Shown here piece by piece: positions 10,215 through 21,209 of a stretch of 64,000 nt of DNA. The position numbers were made by a program, and so were the translations under genes. Origin of the DNA: an uncultured bacterium (lineage in GTDB: Bacteria; Ratteibacteria; UBA8468; B48-G9; DTJG01); the NCBI GenBank assembly GCA_964532995.1, contig CAZHJN010000001.1:23173-87172 (forward strand), read 5' to 3'. The notes under the pieces are model-generated. The model searched no databases. It was not told the origin of the DNA and saw only the letters and a list, made by a program, of their open reading frames with translations. Position 1 is the first letter of the stretch. Each line of letters opens with the position of its first letter.

Positions 10215-10685
10215 TCACCAGCGGTAATGTGCGAATGCCCGGTTTGATTCTGCCATCTTATGCATTTCTTCCCTTTTTTTCACGCTTGCACCTTCATTCT
10301 TACTGGCCTCTATTATTTCCTCAACAAGACGCTCATACATCGGTTTTCCTTTACGAGCTCTTGCTGACTGAAGTATCCATCTGATCGCAAGCGACAGGCT
10401 TCTTTTCGGAACCACCTCAACCGGAACCTGGTAGGTTGCACCACCAACCCTTCTCGGACGCACCTCAAGGCGGGGCTTGACATTATTCAGAGCTTTTTTG
10501 AACACAGCAATTGGATCTTCTTTTGTCTTTTCGCTCAAAATGTCAAAACACCTGTACATTATCTTTTCGGCAAGAGACCTCTTGCCGTCCACCATCAAAG
10601 AATTAACGAATCTTGCAATTTCAAGATCATTGTATTTCGGGTCCGGTAAAAGTATTTTCTTCGCTCTGTATTTTCTTCTCGGCAT
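10215..10685 (-). CDS. rpsG: 30S ribosomal protein S7
   Basis: [28 protein letters not shown] is the uS7 start. Confidence 0.95.
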   Translation of the reverse strand: MPRRKYRAKKILLPDPKYNDLEIARFVNSLMVDGKRSLAEKIMYRCFDILSEKTKEDPIAVFKKALNNVKPRLEVRPRRVGGATYQVPVEVVPKRSLSLAIRWILQSARARKGKPMYERLVEEIIEASKNEGASVKKREEMHKMAESNRAFAHYRW

Positions 10686-10687
10686 AA

Positions 10688-11095
10688 TTACTCCTGTTTT
10701 TGTGATTGCGCTGTTTGCTGTTTGCCTTTGGATTTTTTCGTGCCATAACGTGAACGGGATTTCTTTCTTCCATCAACCTGAGCTGTATCAAAAGCTCCTC
10801 TCACAATGTGATACTTGACGCCAGGTAGATCCTTAACGCGTCCACCACGCACCAGCACTATTGAGTGTTCCTGAAGATTATGACCTATGCCAGGAATATA
10901 AGCAACAACTTCTTTACCATTGCTCAATCTTACTTTGGCAATCTTTCTCAATGCAGAATTGGGCTTTTTAGGCGTCATCGTTTTCACATAAAGACATACA
11001 CCTCTTTTCAACGGATTACTGTCTAGGGCTGTTGATTTTGACTTTTTGATTTTGGGTCGTCTTCCAAATCTAATTAACTGATTAATTGTCGGCAT
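10688..11095 (-). CDS. rpsL: 30S ribosomal protein S12
   Basis: [24 protein letters not shown]...[10 protein letters not shown] is the uS12 sequence. Confidence 0.96.
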   Translation of the reverse strand: MPTINQLIRFGRRPKIKKSKSTALDSNPLKRGVCLYVKTMTPKKPNSALRKIAKVRLSNGKEVVAYIPGIGHNLQEHSIVLVRGGRVKDLPGVKYHIVRGAFDTAQVDGRKKSRSRYGTKKSKGKQQTAQSQKQE

Positions 11096-11131
11096 TCTTT
11101 CTCCTTTCTTTATAATCCCTTCTCCATTTTT

Positions 11132-14100
11132 TTATTCTCCACCAACAGCAACCTGGGTGGTTTGTTCCTGTTCTCTCACCTTATTGCTGAAAAATCCTGT
11201 ACCAGCGGGGATCAATTTCCCGAGTATAACATTTTCCTTAAGACCCTCAAGATAATCCTCCGCACCGGTAACCGCCGCATTTGTAATAACCTTCAGTGTT
11301 TCCTGGAATGATGCGGCAGAAATAAAACTCTCGCTGCTTAAAGCCACCCTTGTGATGCCAAGAATCAATGGCTCATAAGTTGCACGTTTTTTCCCTCTTG
11401 GTAATGACTCATTTATCTGCTGAATTCGCATCCTGTCCACCTCTTCACCTTCAAGAAGATAGGTGTCTCCAGGATCAGTAACTCTTACCCTGGAAAGCAT
11501 CTGTCTGATAATAATCTCCATGTGTTTGTCATTTATATTAACGCCCTCCACCTTATAAACTTTCTGTATCTCATTGAGAAGGTATTCCTGAACCTTCTTT
11601 TCACCCTGAGTCCTTAAAATATCAGTCAAAACTACCGGTCCATCAGTAAGTTTTGTGCCGCTTACAACATGATCGCCATTTGAAACCAGAAGATGTTTGC
11701 CATATGGAACCCTGTATTCTTTCACCTGGCCTGTCTCACTGGTTATTCTTATAATTCTGGTTCCCTTTTCTCCCGAATGCAGGGATACTGTTCCTTCAAT
11801 CTCACTCAAAATAGCAGGATTCCTTGGAGGTCTTGCTTCGAAAAGTTCAGATACCCTTGGAAGACCTCCGGTAATATCCTGCACCCGGCCAACAACCCTT
11901 GGAGTCTTTGCTATAATATCGCCCGGTAAAACGTTCTGACCGTCTTCAACCAGTATGCTTGTATTAACAGCAAGATAATGAAAACCAACTATCTTTTGAG
12001 CAATAATATCACCTTTTTTAACCCTGTCTCCTTCTTTAACAATGATCTCTGTATGGGTGTGAGTTGGAACTGTTATCTTTTGAACAATCTGACCACCCGT
12101 ATCTGTGATCAATATTGATATTTTTTCTTCCTTTTTCTCTTTTTCATCTTTTATATTTTCCTGTTTTTCCTCATATTCTTTTTCTATCTTAATTTTTCCA
12201 TTCTTATTGGCATAAATCTTTTCCAGTATCTCTATCTCTGGTTCCAGTTCATCCTGATGTTCTATGATGGTTCTCTTGGTAACTTTTGCTGAAGCATCAA
12301 ATTCTTCTTTCACGGTTTTATTGTTTATATCCTTATATCTTACAAATCCCTCTTTTTCAGCTAAGATTTGAACAGCATAAGGATCCCATGTCGCAAGAAC
12401 CTGGTCTTTTTTAACCTTTTTCCCCTGTTCAACATGAAGTATCGTACCAACAAATACCGCATTACTTTCAAGCAGACGACCTCTTTCATCCTCAATGTCA
12501 ATTGTTCCCTCTCTGCTGAGAACAACTATTTTATTCTCTCTGTTTTTAACAACTCTAAGGTTTTCTGAGTACCTGACAACACCATCAGAATGAGCAACAA
12601 TCCTGGCAGGACCAATTGCTCTTGTTACAGTGCCTCCAACGTGGAAAGTTCTCAATGTAAGCTGCGTGCCAGGTTCACCTATGGACTGGGCAGCGACAAC
12701 ACCGACGGCTTCTCCAAAATTAACAAGCTTTTGCCTTGAAAGATCAGCACCATAACATTTTGCGCATACACCTCTTTCAGCTTTACAGGTGAGCACTGAT
12801 CGAATCTTTATTCTTTCAACACCGAGTGCCGCAATTTTCTCGGCTTTTTCTTCATCAATCAATTCACCCGCTCTTACAAGAACTTCATCAGTGATAATAT
12901 CAACTATCGGATCAAATGCGACACGACCCACAACCCTATCTTTAAGTGGAATGATAACCTTTTCTCCATCAGTGAGCGCGCTGATGTAAATACCATCTGC
13001 TGTACCGCAATCCTCCATTGTTACTATAACACTGTGCGCAACATCAACAAGCCTGCGGCTTAAATAACCGGCATCGGATGTTTTCAGAGCAGTATCAACA
13101 ACACCTTTTCTACCTCCGTGAATTGAAATAAAATATTCAAGCAGGGGTAGGCCTTCTCTGAAGTTGGCTATAACCGGAGTGGTGATAATCTCGCCCATTT
13201 CACCTGTTGCCTTCTTGGTCGGCCTTATCATCAGCCCCCGCATTCCCGCAAGCTGATTGACCTGGGAACGATTTCCCCTCGCTCCGGATTCAACCATCAT
13301 TATAAGTGAATTTATCCTGAACGGTTCCAATGAAGTATCTTTTCTCAAAGTTTCAAATACATCGTTGGAAATTCTATTGGTAACAGATGTCCACAAATCT
13401 ATAATTCGGTTGTATCTTTCACCCTCTGAAATAAGACCTTTTCTGTAGTCTTTTTCAATTCTCATAACCTCTTTTTTGGTTTCCTCTATTACCTTCTCCT
13501 TTGATTCCGGAATTTTAAGATCATCCACTCCAATACTTAATCCTCCCCTGGTCGCATATGTAAAACCAAGCTCCTTCACCTCATCAAGAAACTGAACAGT
13601 TCTGAAATAACCGCATTCAATCAAAATCTTTTTCACAATATGTTCCAGAGCTTCGATATTGATAAGACGATTTTGATAGGGAATCTCTTCTGGAAGGATT
13701 TCGTTAAACAGAATACGGCCAACAGTTGTAATAATTATTTCTCCTTTGTTATTTCTTACTCTCACAGGTCTGTGCAATTCAAGAAGGCCATTTTCATAAA
13801 GAATTTTTGCCTCATCAAAACTGTAAATTGCCTCTTTTGCTTTTTCCCTGTTTTTGCTGTCTTTCGATGTATCGCCACCATAGACGCTCTGTTCACTCTG
13901 GAAGGTCAAATAATAACAACCCAGAACAATATCTCTTGTTGGTGTAACAATGGGTCTGCCATTTGCAGGAGATAAAATATGAAGGCTGGATTTCATTAAA
14001 AGGTCAGCTTCAAACTGAGCTTCAACTGTAATTGGCACATGCACACTCATTGTATCACCATCAAAGTCAGCATTAAAAGCCGTGCAGACAAGCGGGTGAA

Positions 14101-17100
14101 TCCTGAGAACATTTCCTTCCATCAAACGAGGATCAAATGCTTGAATACTCAAACGATGAAGTGTTGGCTGACGATTGAGAAGCACCGGATGATTACGCGT
14201 AACCTTCTCAAGGATTTCCCAGACTTCCGGTCTGTTCTCTTCAAGGGCTCTCTTGGCGCTTCCCAGCGTATGAAAATATTCTTTTTTCCTCAACTCTCTC
14301 AAAACAAATGGACTGAACAGTTCAAGCGCCATCTGTTTTGGTAAACCACACTGGTGAAGTTTAAGCTTCGGGTCAACAACAATAACCGCTCTTCCTGAAT
14401 AATCAACCCTTTTACCTAAAAGATTCTGTCTGAATCTTCCCTGCTTGCCCCTTAAGGCTTCACTCAATGATTTAAGCGGTCTTTTACCTCTGCCAAGAAC
14501 AGGTGTACCATACCTGCCATTATCCATAAGAGCATCAACTGCTTCCTGAAGCATTCTCTTCTCATTTCTTATTATAATGTCAGGCGCCTGCAGTTTGATC
14601 AGTTTCCTGAGACGATTATTTCTATTTATTACCCTTTGATAAAGGTCGTTAAGATCAGATGCAACAAACCTACCGCCATCAAGAGGAAGAAGCGGCCTTA
14701 AATCCGGAGGTATGACAGGAATTATGGAGGTTACAAGATATTCTGGTTTGACTTCTGTTTTCATCAACCCCTCAATCATCCTTAACTTTTTTACAAGATT
14801 TCTCCTGCTTGTGTGCTCTTTTTTCTTTTTGCTGCCTTTCAATCGATCCTTAACCTTTGCCATCTCCTTTTCAAGATCTATCTTTTTCAGCAGTTCATAA
14901 ATGGCTGAAGCGCCAATATCAGCATGAAATCTATTTCCGTATTTAGCAAGATTTTCCCTGTATTGTTCCTCTGTCAAAAGCTCTTTTTCATCAAGAGGCG
15001 TATCACCGGGATCTATCACAATATATCTATCGTAATAAAGAACTTTCTCAAGCATCACCTGTGTTAAGTCAAGAAGCACACCGAGCCAGTTGGCGCTGCT
15101 TTTAAACATCCAGACATATGAAACCGGTGTGGCAAGTTCAATGTGTCCCATCCTTTCGCGTCGTACATCAGATGTTGTTACCTCAACTCCGCATCGGTCG
15201 CATATAATACCGCGAAATCTCTGTTTCTTAAACTTTCCGCAGGAACATTCCCAGTCCTTCACAGGACCAAAAATCTTCTCGCAGAAAAGACCATCTCTCT
15301 CAGGTTTGTTTGTTCTGTAGTTCAATGTCTCTGCTTTTTTAACCTCTCCGTATGACCATGAACGGATTACCATCGGAGGCGCGATCCTTATTGTAACCAC
15401 ATCTCTATCTTCATTGTTCTTTTTCTTTTTCTCTATTCTCAGATCAAAACCCAGACCATTGAGTTCCTTTGTAAGAACATGAAAGGATTCAGGAAGATTT
15501 TCTTCCTGATAGTCCAATCCCTTGACAATGCTTTCATATGCCTTCTTACGACCCTTAATATCATCGCTTTTTATTGTGAGCATTTCTCTGAGGGTATAAC
15601 CAGCGCCATACCCCTCAAGAGCCCAGACCTCCATTTCACCAAAGCGCTGTCCACCAAACTGGGCTCTGCCACCAAGCGGCTGCTGAGTTATCAATGAATA
15701 AGAACCAACAGAACGAGCATGAAACTTCTCATCAGCCAGATGGATGAGTTTCATCATATATATTGAACCAACTGTTACCGGCTGCAAGAATGGTTCTCCT
15801 GTCTGTCCGTCATAAATCCTGGTTTTACCGTCCTCAGGAAGACCCGCTTCTCTTAAGTTCTGTTTGATCTCAAATTCCTTTATGCTTTCAAAAACAGGTG
15901 TTTCAGCTGAATAGCCAAGCGTTTTTAATGCCCATCCAAGATGTGTTTCAAGAATCTGTCCGATATTCATTCTTGATGGAACTCCAAGGGGATTTAAAAC
16001 TATATCAACCGGAGTACCATCTTCAAGAAATGGCATGTCTTCTTCAGGAAGAACAACAGATATAACACCTTTATTACCATGTCTGCCACTCATTTTATCG
16101 CCAATAGCAACCTTCTTCTTTGTCGCTATTTCAACCAATACCTTGCATATCACATTGGGTTCAAGTTCTGAACCTCTGCGTACCTTTATCTTTTCATTGC
16201 TGGCTTCCTTTTCAAGCTTTTCAAGCTCTGTAATACCAATTTCAACAATCTTTTTAATCTCTTCTTTCACAGAATTATTATCAATGGACCTTACAATTCG
16301 ATCCCAGCTTTCAATACTTGTGGTCAGCCTTGTGGAAGGAATCCTGCGAGCAGAAAGAGTATCCTTAATTCTGCCGGTGATAATCGTCCTGACAATTTTC
16401 TTCTTTTCTGCAAGATCTTTCTCTATTTTTTCAATCTGTACCTTTATGGATTCTTCAGGAATTTTATCAGCGGGATAATAGGTCTTTACATTGATAACAA
16501 CTCCGGAAACACCGGGTGGCACAATTAAAGATGTATTTGCCACGTCTCTCGCTTTTTCACCAAAGATAACCCTCAAAAGTTTTTCCTCAGGAGTTAATTC
16601 TGCTTCGCCCTTGGGTGTGATTTTTCCCACAAAGATATCTCCTGGCTTTACCTCTGCACCAACCCTGATAATGCCATTTTTATCAAGATTCCTGAGTTCT
16701 TCTTCCGATGCATTGGGAAGATCCGAGGTGATCTCTTCTGGTCCCCTTTCTGTTTCCTGCGCTGTAACCTCAAATTTTTCAATATGAATTGAAGTGAAGG
16801 TATCCTCTTTAACAAGTTTTTCACTCAGAATAATGGCGTCCTCAAAATTGTATCCCTGCCATGGCATAAAGGCTACAAGAAGGTTTCTACCAAGAGCAAG
16901 ATCTCCTTCAGGCGAAACCGCAGGACCATCTGAAATAATCTGTCCCTTTTTGACCTTTTGCCCCGGAGAAACAAGTGGTCTCTGATGAAAACAGGTATCC
17001 TGGTTTGTCCTGCGGAATGTTTGCAGGTGGTAAACATCTTTATGCTGCCAGGGAAAAATTCCTTTTTCATCCCTGTCTATGATTATGGTCTTTGCATCAA

Positions 17101-19057
17101 CATATTCCACTGTGCCGGAGTTTTTAGCTCTTAAAATCACCCCGGAATCCATCACAACTCTTTTTTCTATGCCTGTCCTCACAAGAGGTCTTTCGGTTCG
17201 CAGAAGTGGCACAGCCTGTCTCTGCATGTTTGATCCCATCAGAGCCCTGTTTGAATCATTGTGTTCAAGAAATGGAATCAACGATGCGCTCAGTCCAACT
17301 ATCTGTTTGGGTGAAATACCTATAAGTTCAATCTGATCTTTTGTGGCTTCGGTAAACTCTCCTCCTTTGGATCTGACACGAATTATTTCCTGTTTTATAA
17401 TACCGGTTTCAGGATCGTAAGGGACATCTGGAGGAGCCACAACATAATTATCTTCCTCATCTGCAGAAACATATACAGCCTCATCAAACAAAACTTTTCC
17501 ATTTTTAACTCTATAATAAGGAGTTCTGATAAAACCATTATTATCAACATCAGCATATACCGTAAGTGAATTGATCAATCCAACATTTGCCCCTTCCGGG
17601 GTTTCTATCGGACAGACCCTTCCAAAATGTGTATAATGAACATCCCTCACCTCAAAACCCGCTCTTTTCCTTTCTTTCACTCCCCCTTCTCCAACCGCAG
17701 TAAGCCTTCTCTTGTGAGTGAGTTCCGCAAGAGGATTAATCTGATCAAGAAACTGGGAAAGCTGATTTCGAGCAAAAAATTCCTCCACAGCTGTGGAAAA
17801 AATTCTGCTGTTTAAAATATCCTGCGGTACAATGGGGCCTGTTTTATCTATAATTGCCATCTTCTCTTTCACAAAATGAACAAGCCTTATCAGACCTTCA
17901 TAAATATGTTCTTTTACAAGTTCAGCCGAAGTTCTCACCCTCTTGTTGCCAAGATGATCAATATCATCAGTTTCACCCTTGCCTCTTTCTATAAGATCGA
18001 GCAGGTACTTCAGTGTTCTTACTATATCCTCTGTCGTGAGATGTAATTCTTTAAGAGTTAGCCCGAGTTTTTTATTAATCTGCAATCTGCCTGCCGGAGA
18101 AAGATCGTACTGGTCGGAAGTGAAGAAAAGCCTTTTAAAGAAACTTCTTGCCTCTCTTTCTTCCATAGGAAAACCGGGTCTGAGTTCCAGATAAATTTTC
18201 TTTATCGCTTCTTCCTGAGTCTTTATTTCGGCATCCTTTTCGAGGGTTGTCTTAATAATACTGTCCGCTGGCATCCTGTCAGGAGACTCATAAAAAAGTG
18301 AAATTATTTCTTCATCAGTATATCCAAGTGCTTTTAGAAGTGTGGTCGCATAGACTTTTCTTTTCCCAAAATAGGCATAAAGGCAGGTTGTGTTATGATG
18401 AAGTTCTGGATGAAATTCCATCCAGAGACCGCGGGCTGGAAAAATTCGCGCGGAATACGTAGCCTTCTGGCCGATTTCTTCTTCTTCTTTAAAATACACT
18501 CCGGGAGACCTCTGTATCTGATTGACAACCGCCCTTTCAATACCATTGATGATAAAAGTACCGCGTTCTGTCATAAGTGGAATGAGTCCGAGATAAACAT
18601 CCTGTCCTTCTCTCACACTTTCAACCCTGTTATTGATCTTATCTTTCTTGTAAAGCCTGAATTTAACCTTAAATCTTCCACCATAGGTAATACCTTTTTC
18701 TATGCATTCAACCTCAGACTCAACAGGATCTTCTATTGTGTAGTTTATGTATTCAAGAAACAAAGATCTATCATCGCTTGAAATCATATAATGCTTTTCT
18801 CCAGGGAAAAGTTCTGTCTCAGGAAAAACTTTCCTGAGAACCTCCTCCAGCCCCATGTTCTCTCTTTTTTCAGGGTCAACATCCTTCTGGAGAAACCTTC
18901 TGTAAGGTTCTATCTGAACCTTCAGTAAATCAGGAATCTGCACATGTCTTCTGTCAACATAACCTTCCATATTCTTCTGAACAGTCTGAAGGAAATCCCC
19001 GCGAGGTTCAACCTGAGCCTTTAATCCGTCTGAAACCCGCACATGTTTTTTTTCCAT
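11132..19057 (-). CDS. rpoBC: Fused DNA-directed RNA polymerase subunits beta-beta' (RpoB module about 15431..19057, RpoC module about 11132..15430) in one 2641-aa ORF
   Basis: The product has the beta N-terminus (VQIPDLLKVQIEPYRRFLQ), the beta C-terminus (LTKELNGLGFDLRIE), a KKKKNNEDRD linker and the beta' N-terminus (IRSWSYGEVKKAETLNYRTNKPERDGLFCEKIFGPVKDWECSCGKFKK). NADFDGDT lies further on. No stop codon interrupts the frame. Confidence 0.9.
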   Translation of the reverse strand: MEKKHVRVSDGLKAQVEPRGDFLQTVQKNMEGYVDRRHVQIPDLLKVQIEPYRRFLQKDVDPEKRENMGLEEVLRKVFPETELFPGEKHYMISSDDRSLFLEYINYTIEDPVESEVECIEKGITYGGRFKVKFRLYKKDKINNRVESVREGQDVYLGLIPLMTERGTFIINGIERAVVNQIQRSPGVYFKEEEEIGQKATYSARIFPARGLWMEFHPELHHNTTCLYAYFGKRKVYATTLLKALGYTDEEIISLFYESPDRMPADSIIKTTLEKDAEIKTQEEAIKKIYLELRPGFPMEEREARSFFKRLFFTSDQYDLSPAGRLQINKKLGLTLKELHLTTEDIVRTLKYLLDLIERGKGETDDIDHLGNKRVRTSAELVKEHIYEGLIRLVHFVKEKMAIIDKTGPIVPQDILNSRIFSTAVEEFFARNQLSQFLDQINPLAELTHKRRLTAVGEGGVKERKRAGFEVRDVHYTHFGRVCPIETPEGANVGLINSLTVYADVDNNGFIRTPYYRVKNGKVLFDEAVYVSADEEDNYVVAPPDVPYDPETGIIKQEIIRVRSKGGEFTEATKDQIELIGISPKQIVGLSASLIPFLEHNDSNRALMGSNMQRQAVPLLRTERPLVRTGIEKRVVMDSGVILRAKNSGTVEYVDAKTIIIDRDEKGIFPWQHKDVYHLQTFRRTNQDTCFHQRPLVSPGQKVKKGQIISDGPAVSPEGDLALGRNLLVAFMPWQGYNFEDAIILSEKLVKEDTFTSIHIEKFEVTAQETERGPEEITSDLPNASEEELRNLDKNGIIRVGAEVKPGDIFVGKITPKGEAELTPEEKLLRVIFGEKARDVANTSLIVPPGVSGVVINVKTYYPADKIPEESIKVQIEKIEKDLAEKKKIVRTIITGRIKDTLSARRIPSTRLTTSIESWDRIVRSIDNNSVKEEIKKIVEIGITELEKLEKEASNEKIKVRRGSELEPNVICKVLVEIATKKKVAIGDKMSGRHGNKGVISVVLPEEDMPFLEDGTPVDIVLNPLGVPSRMNIGQILETHLGWALKTLGYSAETPVFESIKEFEIKQNLREAGLPEDGKTRIYDGQTGEPFLQPVTVGSIYMMKLIHLADEKFHARSVGSYSLITQQPLGGRAQFGGQRFGEMEVWALEGYGAGYTLREMLTIKSDDIKGRKKAYESIVKGLDYQEENLPESFHVLTKELNGLGFDLRIEKKKKNNEDRDVVTIRIAPPMVIRSWSYGEVKKAETLNYRTNKPERDGLFCEKIFGPVKDWECSCGKFKKQRFRGIICDRCGVEVTTSDVRRERMGHIELATPVSYVWMFKSSANWLGVLLDLTQVMLEKVLYYDRYIVIDPGDTPLDEKELLTEEQYRENLAKYGNRFHADIGASAIYELLKKIDLEKEMAKVKDRLKGSKKKKEHTSRRNLVKKLRMIEGLMKTEVKPEYLVTSIIPVIPPDLRPLLPLDGGRFVASDLNDLYQRVINRNNRLRKLIKLQAPDIIIRNEKRMLQEAVDALMDNGRYGTPVLGRGKRPLKSLSEALRGKQGRFRQNLLGKRVDYSGRAVIVVDPKLKLHQCGLPKQMALELFSPFVLRELRKKEYFHTLGSAKRALEENRPEVWEILEKVTRNHPVLLNRQPTLHRLSIQAFDPRLMEGNVLRIHPLVCTAFNADFDGDTMSVHVPITVEAQFEADLLMKSSLHILSPANGRPIVTPTRDIVLGCYYLTFQSEQSVYGGDTSKDSKNREKAKEAIYSFDEAKILYENGLLELHRPVRVRNNKGEIIITTVGRILFNEILPEEIPYQNRLINIEALEHIVKKILIECGYFRTVQFLDEVKELGFTYATRGGLSIGVDDLKIPESKEKVIEETKKEVMRIEKDYRKGLISEGERYNRIIDLWTSVTNRISNDVFETLRKDTSLEPFRINSLIMMVESGARGNRSQVNQLAGMRGLMIRPTKKATGEMGEIITTPVIANFREGLPLLEYFISIHGGRKGVVDTALKTSDAGYLSRRLVDVAHSVIVTMEDCGTADGIYISALTDGEKVIIPLKDRVVGRVAFDPIVDIITDEVLVRAGELIDEEKAEKIAALGVERIKIRSVLTCKAERGVCAKCYGADLSRQKLVNFGEAVGVVAAQSIGEPGTQLTLRTFHVGGTVTRAIGPARIVAHSDGVVRYSENLRVVKNRENKIVVLSREGTIDIEDERGRLLESNAVFVGTILHVEQGKKVKKDQVLATWDPYAVQILAEKEGFVRYKDINNKTVKEEFDASAKVTKRTIIEHQDELEPEIEILEKIYANKNGKIKIEKEYEEKQENIKDEKEKKEEKISILITDTGGQIVQKITVPTHTHTEIIVKEGDRVKKGDIIAQKIVGFHYLAVNTSILVEDGQNVLPGDIIAKTPRVVGRVQDITGGLPRVSELFEARPPRNPAILSEIEGTVSLHSGEKGTRIIRITSETGQVKEYRVPYGKHLLVSNGDHVVSGTKLTDGPVVLTDILRTQGEKKVQEYLLNEIQKVYKVEGVNINDKHMEIIIRQMLSRVRVTDPGDTYLLEGEEVDRMRIQQINESLPRGKKRATYEPLILGITRVALSSESFISAASFQETLKVITNAAVTGAEDYLEGLKENVILGKLIPAGTGFFSNKVREQEQTTQVAVGGE

Positions 19058-19098
19058 ATTCTCCAGCCATTGTTAAGAATTCAGTAAAGTTACAAACT

Positions 19099-19497
19099 TT
19101 ACTTTATTTCAACCGTCGCACCAGCAGCTTCAAGTTTCTTCTTTATTTCCTCGGCTTCTTCCTTACTCACTTTTTCCTTCAATGGTTTCGGAAGCGACTC
19201 CACAAGATCTTTGGCTTCCTTCAATCCAAGATTTGTGATGGCTCTAACCTCTTTGATAACCTGTATTTTGTTTGATCCAAAACTGGTCAGAATAATATCA
19301 AAAGAGGTTTTCTCTTCAACAGGGGCTGCTGCCTGTTCAGCAGAAGCTGCAACAGGTGCTATCCCTGCTGCTGCCATCACAGGTTGAACGCCAAATTTAT
19401 CTTCAAGTTTTTTGGCAAGATCGGCCAATTCCATTGCTGTAAGACTGCCAATCGCATCAACGAGAACATCCACAGAAAGTTTTTTCTCTTCAACCAT
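19099..19497 (-). CDS. rplL: 50S ribosomal protein L7/L12
   Basis: The 132-aa product has an Ala-rich hinge and ends [42 protein letters not shown]. Confidence 0.94.
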   Translation of the reverse strand: MVEEKKLSVDVLVDAIGSLTAMELADLAKKLEDKFGVQPVMAAAGIAPVAASAEQAAAPVEEKTSFDIILTSFGSNKIQVIKEVRAITNLGLKEAKDLVESLPKPLKEKVSKEEAEEIKKKLEAAGATVEIK

Positions 19498-20020
19498 TTC
19501 CTTTCTCCTTTTGTTCAGAAAATGTTTTCAATACCAGAATCAAACGTGTTAACGGATACTTAACGTTATAAACAAGGCTGCTCAATGGAGCCTTAATTCC
19601 ACCGATAACTTTTGCCTGCAATGTCTTTTTCGTAGGAAGATTACCAAGCTTCTCCAGAGTATCAACTGCCATGAGAGCATTGTTGAGAACGCCAAACTTA
19701 ATTTTAATTTTCCCTGAAGATTTTGAAAATTTCAGCACCTCCTTTATAATCTCACATTCATCACCTGTATTACTCCAGATAAGAACATTCGGACCCTCCA
19801 TAAACTTTGTTGCCTCGTCCAGAGAACAGGATTGCAATGCCATCCTTGCGAGAGTATTTTTAACAACCATGACATTTGATGAATGCTTTTTCATTTCCCT
19901 TCTGAGTTCCTCCATGCCCTTGACTGTAATCCCTGAAAATTCTGCAAAAATGGATACCTTGCTCGAACCCAGTTCATCAATTATGAACTTCAAAATTTTT
20001 GCCTTGTCCGTTTTATTCAT
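19490..20020 (-). CDS. rplJ: 50S ribosomal protein L10
   Basis: uL10-like sequence located between rplA and rplL. Confidence 0.88.
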   Translation of the reverse strand: MNKTDKAKILKFIIDELGSSKVSIFAEFSGITVKGMEELRREMKKHSSNVMVVKNTLARMALQSCSLDEATKFMEGPNVLIWSNTGDECEIIKEVLKFSKSSGKIKIKFGVLNNALMAVDTLEKLGNLPTKKTLQAKVIGGIKAPLSSLVYNVKYPLTRLILVLKTFSEQKEKGNG

Positions 20021-20039
20021 AAAATCCTGTCCTGTTCGA

Positions 20040-20756
20040 TCAAGAAATTGTAGATTTTATTTCCTGTGAAATCTTATTGATGTTTAAGGGAAAAGATGGC
20101 CCCATCGTTGAAGAAATATGAGCACTCTTCAGATAAACTCCTTTTACTCCCTGCGGCCTGGCCGCCAGAATTGTCCTCAATGCAGCGTAAAAATTCTCAA
20201 GGAGTTGTTCCTGAGAAAATGAAACCCTTCCGATCGGAAGATGCAGATTGCCATCCCTATCCATTTTGAACTCAATTCTACCTTTTTTTAGCTCTTCAAC
20301 AATTTTTTCTATCTCAAATGTAACAGTGCCAGAGCGTGGATTTGGCATAAGGCCTCTCGGTCCAAGTATCTTCCCGAGGGCTGTGATATTTTTCATCATA
20401 TCAGGTGTTGCCACAACCGCCTGAAAATCAAGCCATCCTCCTTTGATTTTCTCTATCAGTTCTGTACCACCATAATAGTCGGCCCCTGCTTTTTTTGCCT
20501 TTTCAATATTCTCACCCTGTGCAAAAACGAGAACTTTTATCTGTTTACCACTACCGTGTGGAAGATTTACAGAACCCCTGACCGGTTGCTGGATCTTTTT
20601 CAAATCCAGACCAAGATGAACTGAAAGGTCAACCGTCTCATCAAAACGGGTGGTTGAATTGTTTTTGATAAAAGCGATTGCCTCCTCAGGAGTATAGGTT
20701 GTTTTTTCCTCAATCCTTTCCTGAACAGATTTATATCTTCTGGATCTTTTTTTCAT
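20040..20756 (-). CDS. rplA: 50S ribosomal protein L1
   Basis: The 238-aa uL1 family product carries FDETVDLSVHLGLD. Confidence 0.92.
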   Translation of the reverse strand: MKKRSRRYKSVQERIEEKTTYTPEEAIAFIKNNSTTRFDETVDLSVHLGLDLKKIQQPVRGSVNLPHGSGKQIKVLVFAQGENIEKAKKAGADYYGGTELIEKIKGGWLDFQAVVATPDMMKNITALGKILGPRGLMPNPRSGTVTFEIEKIVEELKKGRIEFKMDRDGNLHLPIGRVSFSQEQLLENFYAALRTILAARPQGVKGVYLKSAHISSTMGPSFPLNINKISQEIKSTIS

Positions 20757-20765
20757 CTTAACTCC

Positions 20766-21209
20766 TTAATCAACAACTTCTATTCCCATACTTCTTGCAC
20801 AACCTTCAACTATTTTCACTGCCTGCGCCAGATCATCCGTGTTAAGATCCGGCAGTTTTATCTTTGCTATTTCTTCAATTTGTCGTCTCGTAAGTTTGCC
20901 AACTTTTTCTTTATTGGGAACTCCAGAACCTTTAACGATATTAGCTGCCTTTTTCAACAATGAAGCTGTGGGTGGCGTTTTTAATTGATATTTGAAAGAT
21001 CTGTCCCCAAATATCGTCAATACAACCGGTATGATATCCCCTTCCTTCCCTTTTGTAGCCGCGTTAAAAGACTTGCAGAATTCCATAATGTTAACTCCAT
21101 GCTGTCCGAGTGCCGGACCAACCGGCGGCGCAGGCGTTGCCTGACCTGCCGGAATCTGTAACTTAACTATCGCCTTTACCTGTTTTGTGGTTTTTTCTGC
21201 CATGTTCAC
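20766..21209 (-). CDS. rplK: 50S ribosomal protein L11
   Basis: [33 protein letters not shown] is the uL11 signature. Confidence 0.95.
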   Translation of the reverse strand: MNMAEKTTKQVKAIVKLQIPAGQATPAPPVGPALGQHGVNIMEFCKSFNAATKGKEGDIIPVVLTIFGDRSFKYQLKTPPTASLLKKAANIVKGSGVPNKEKVGKLTRRQIEEIAKIKLPDLNTDDLAQAVKIVEGCARSMGIEVVD

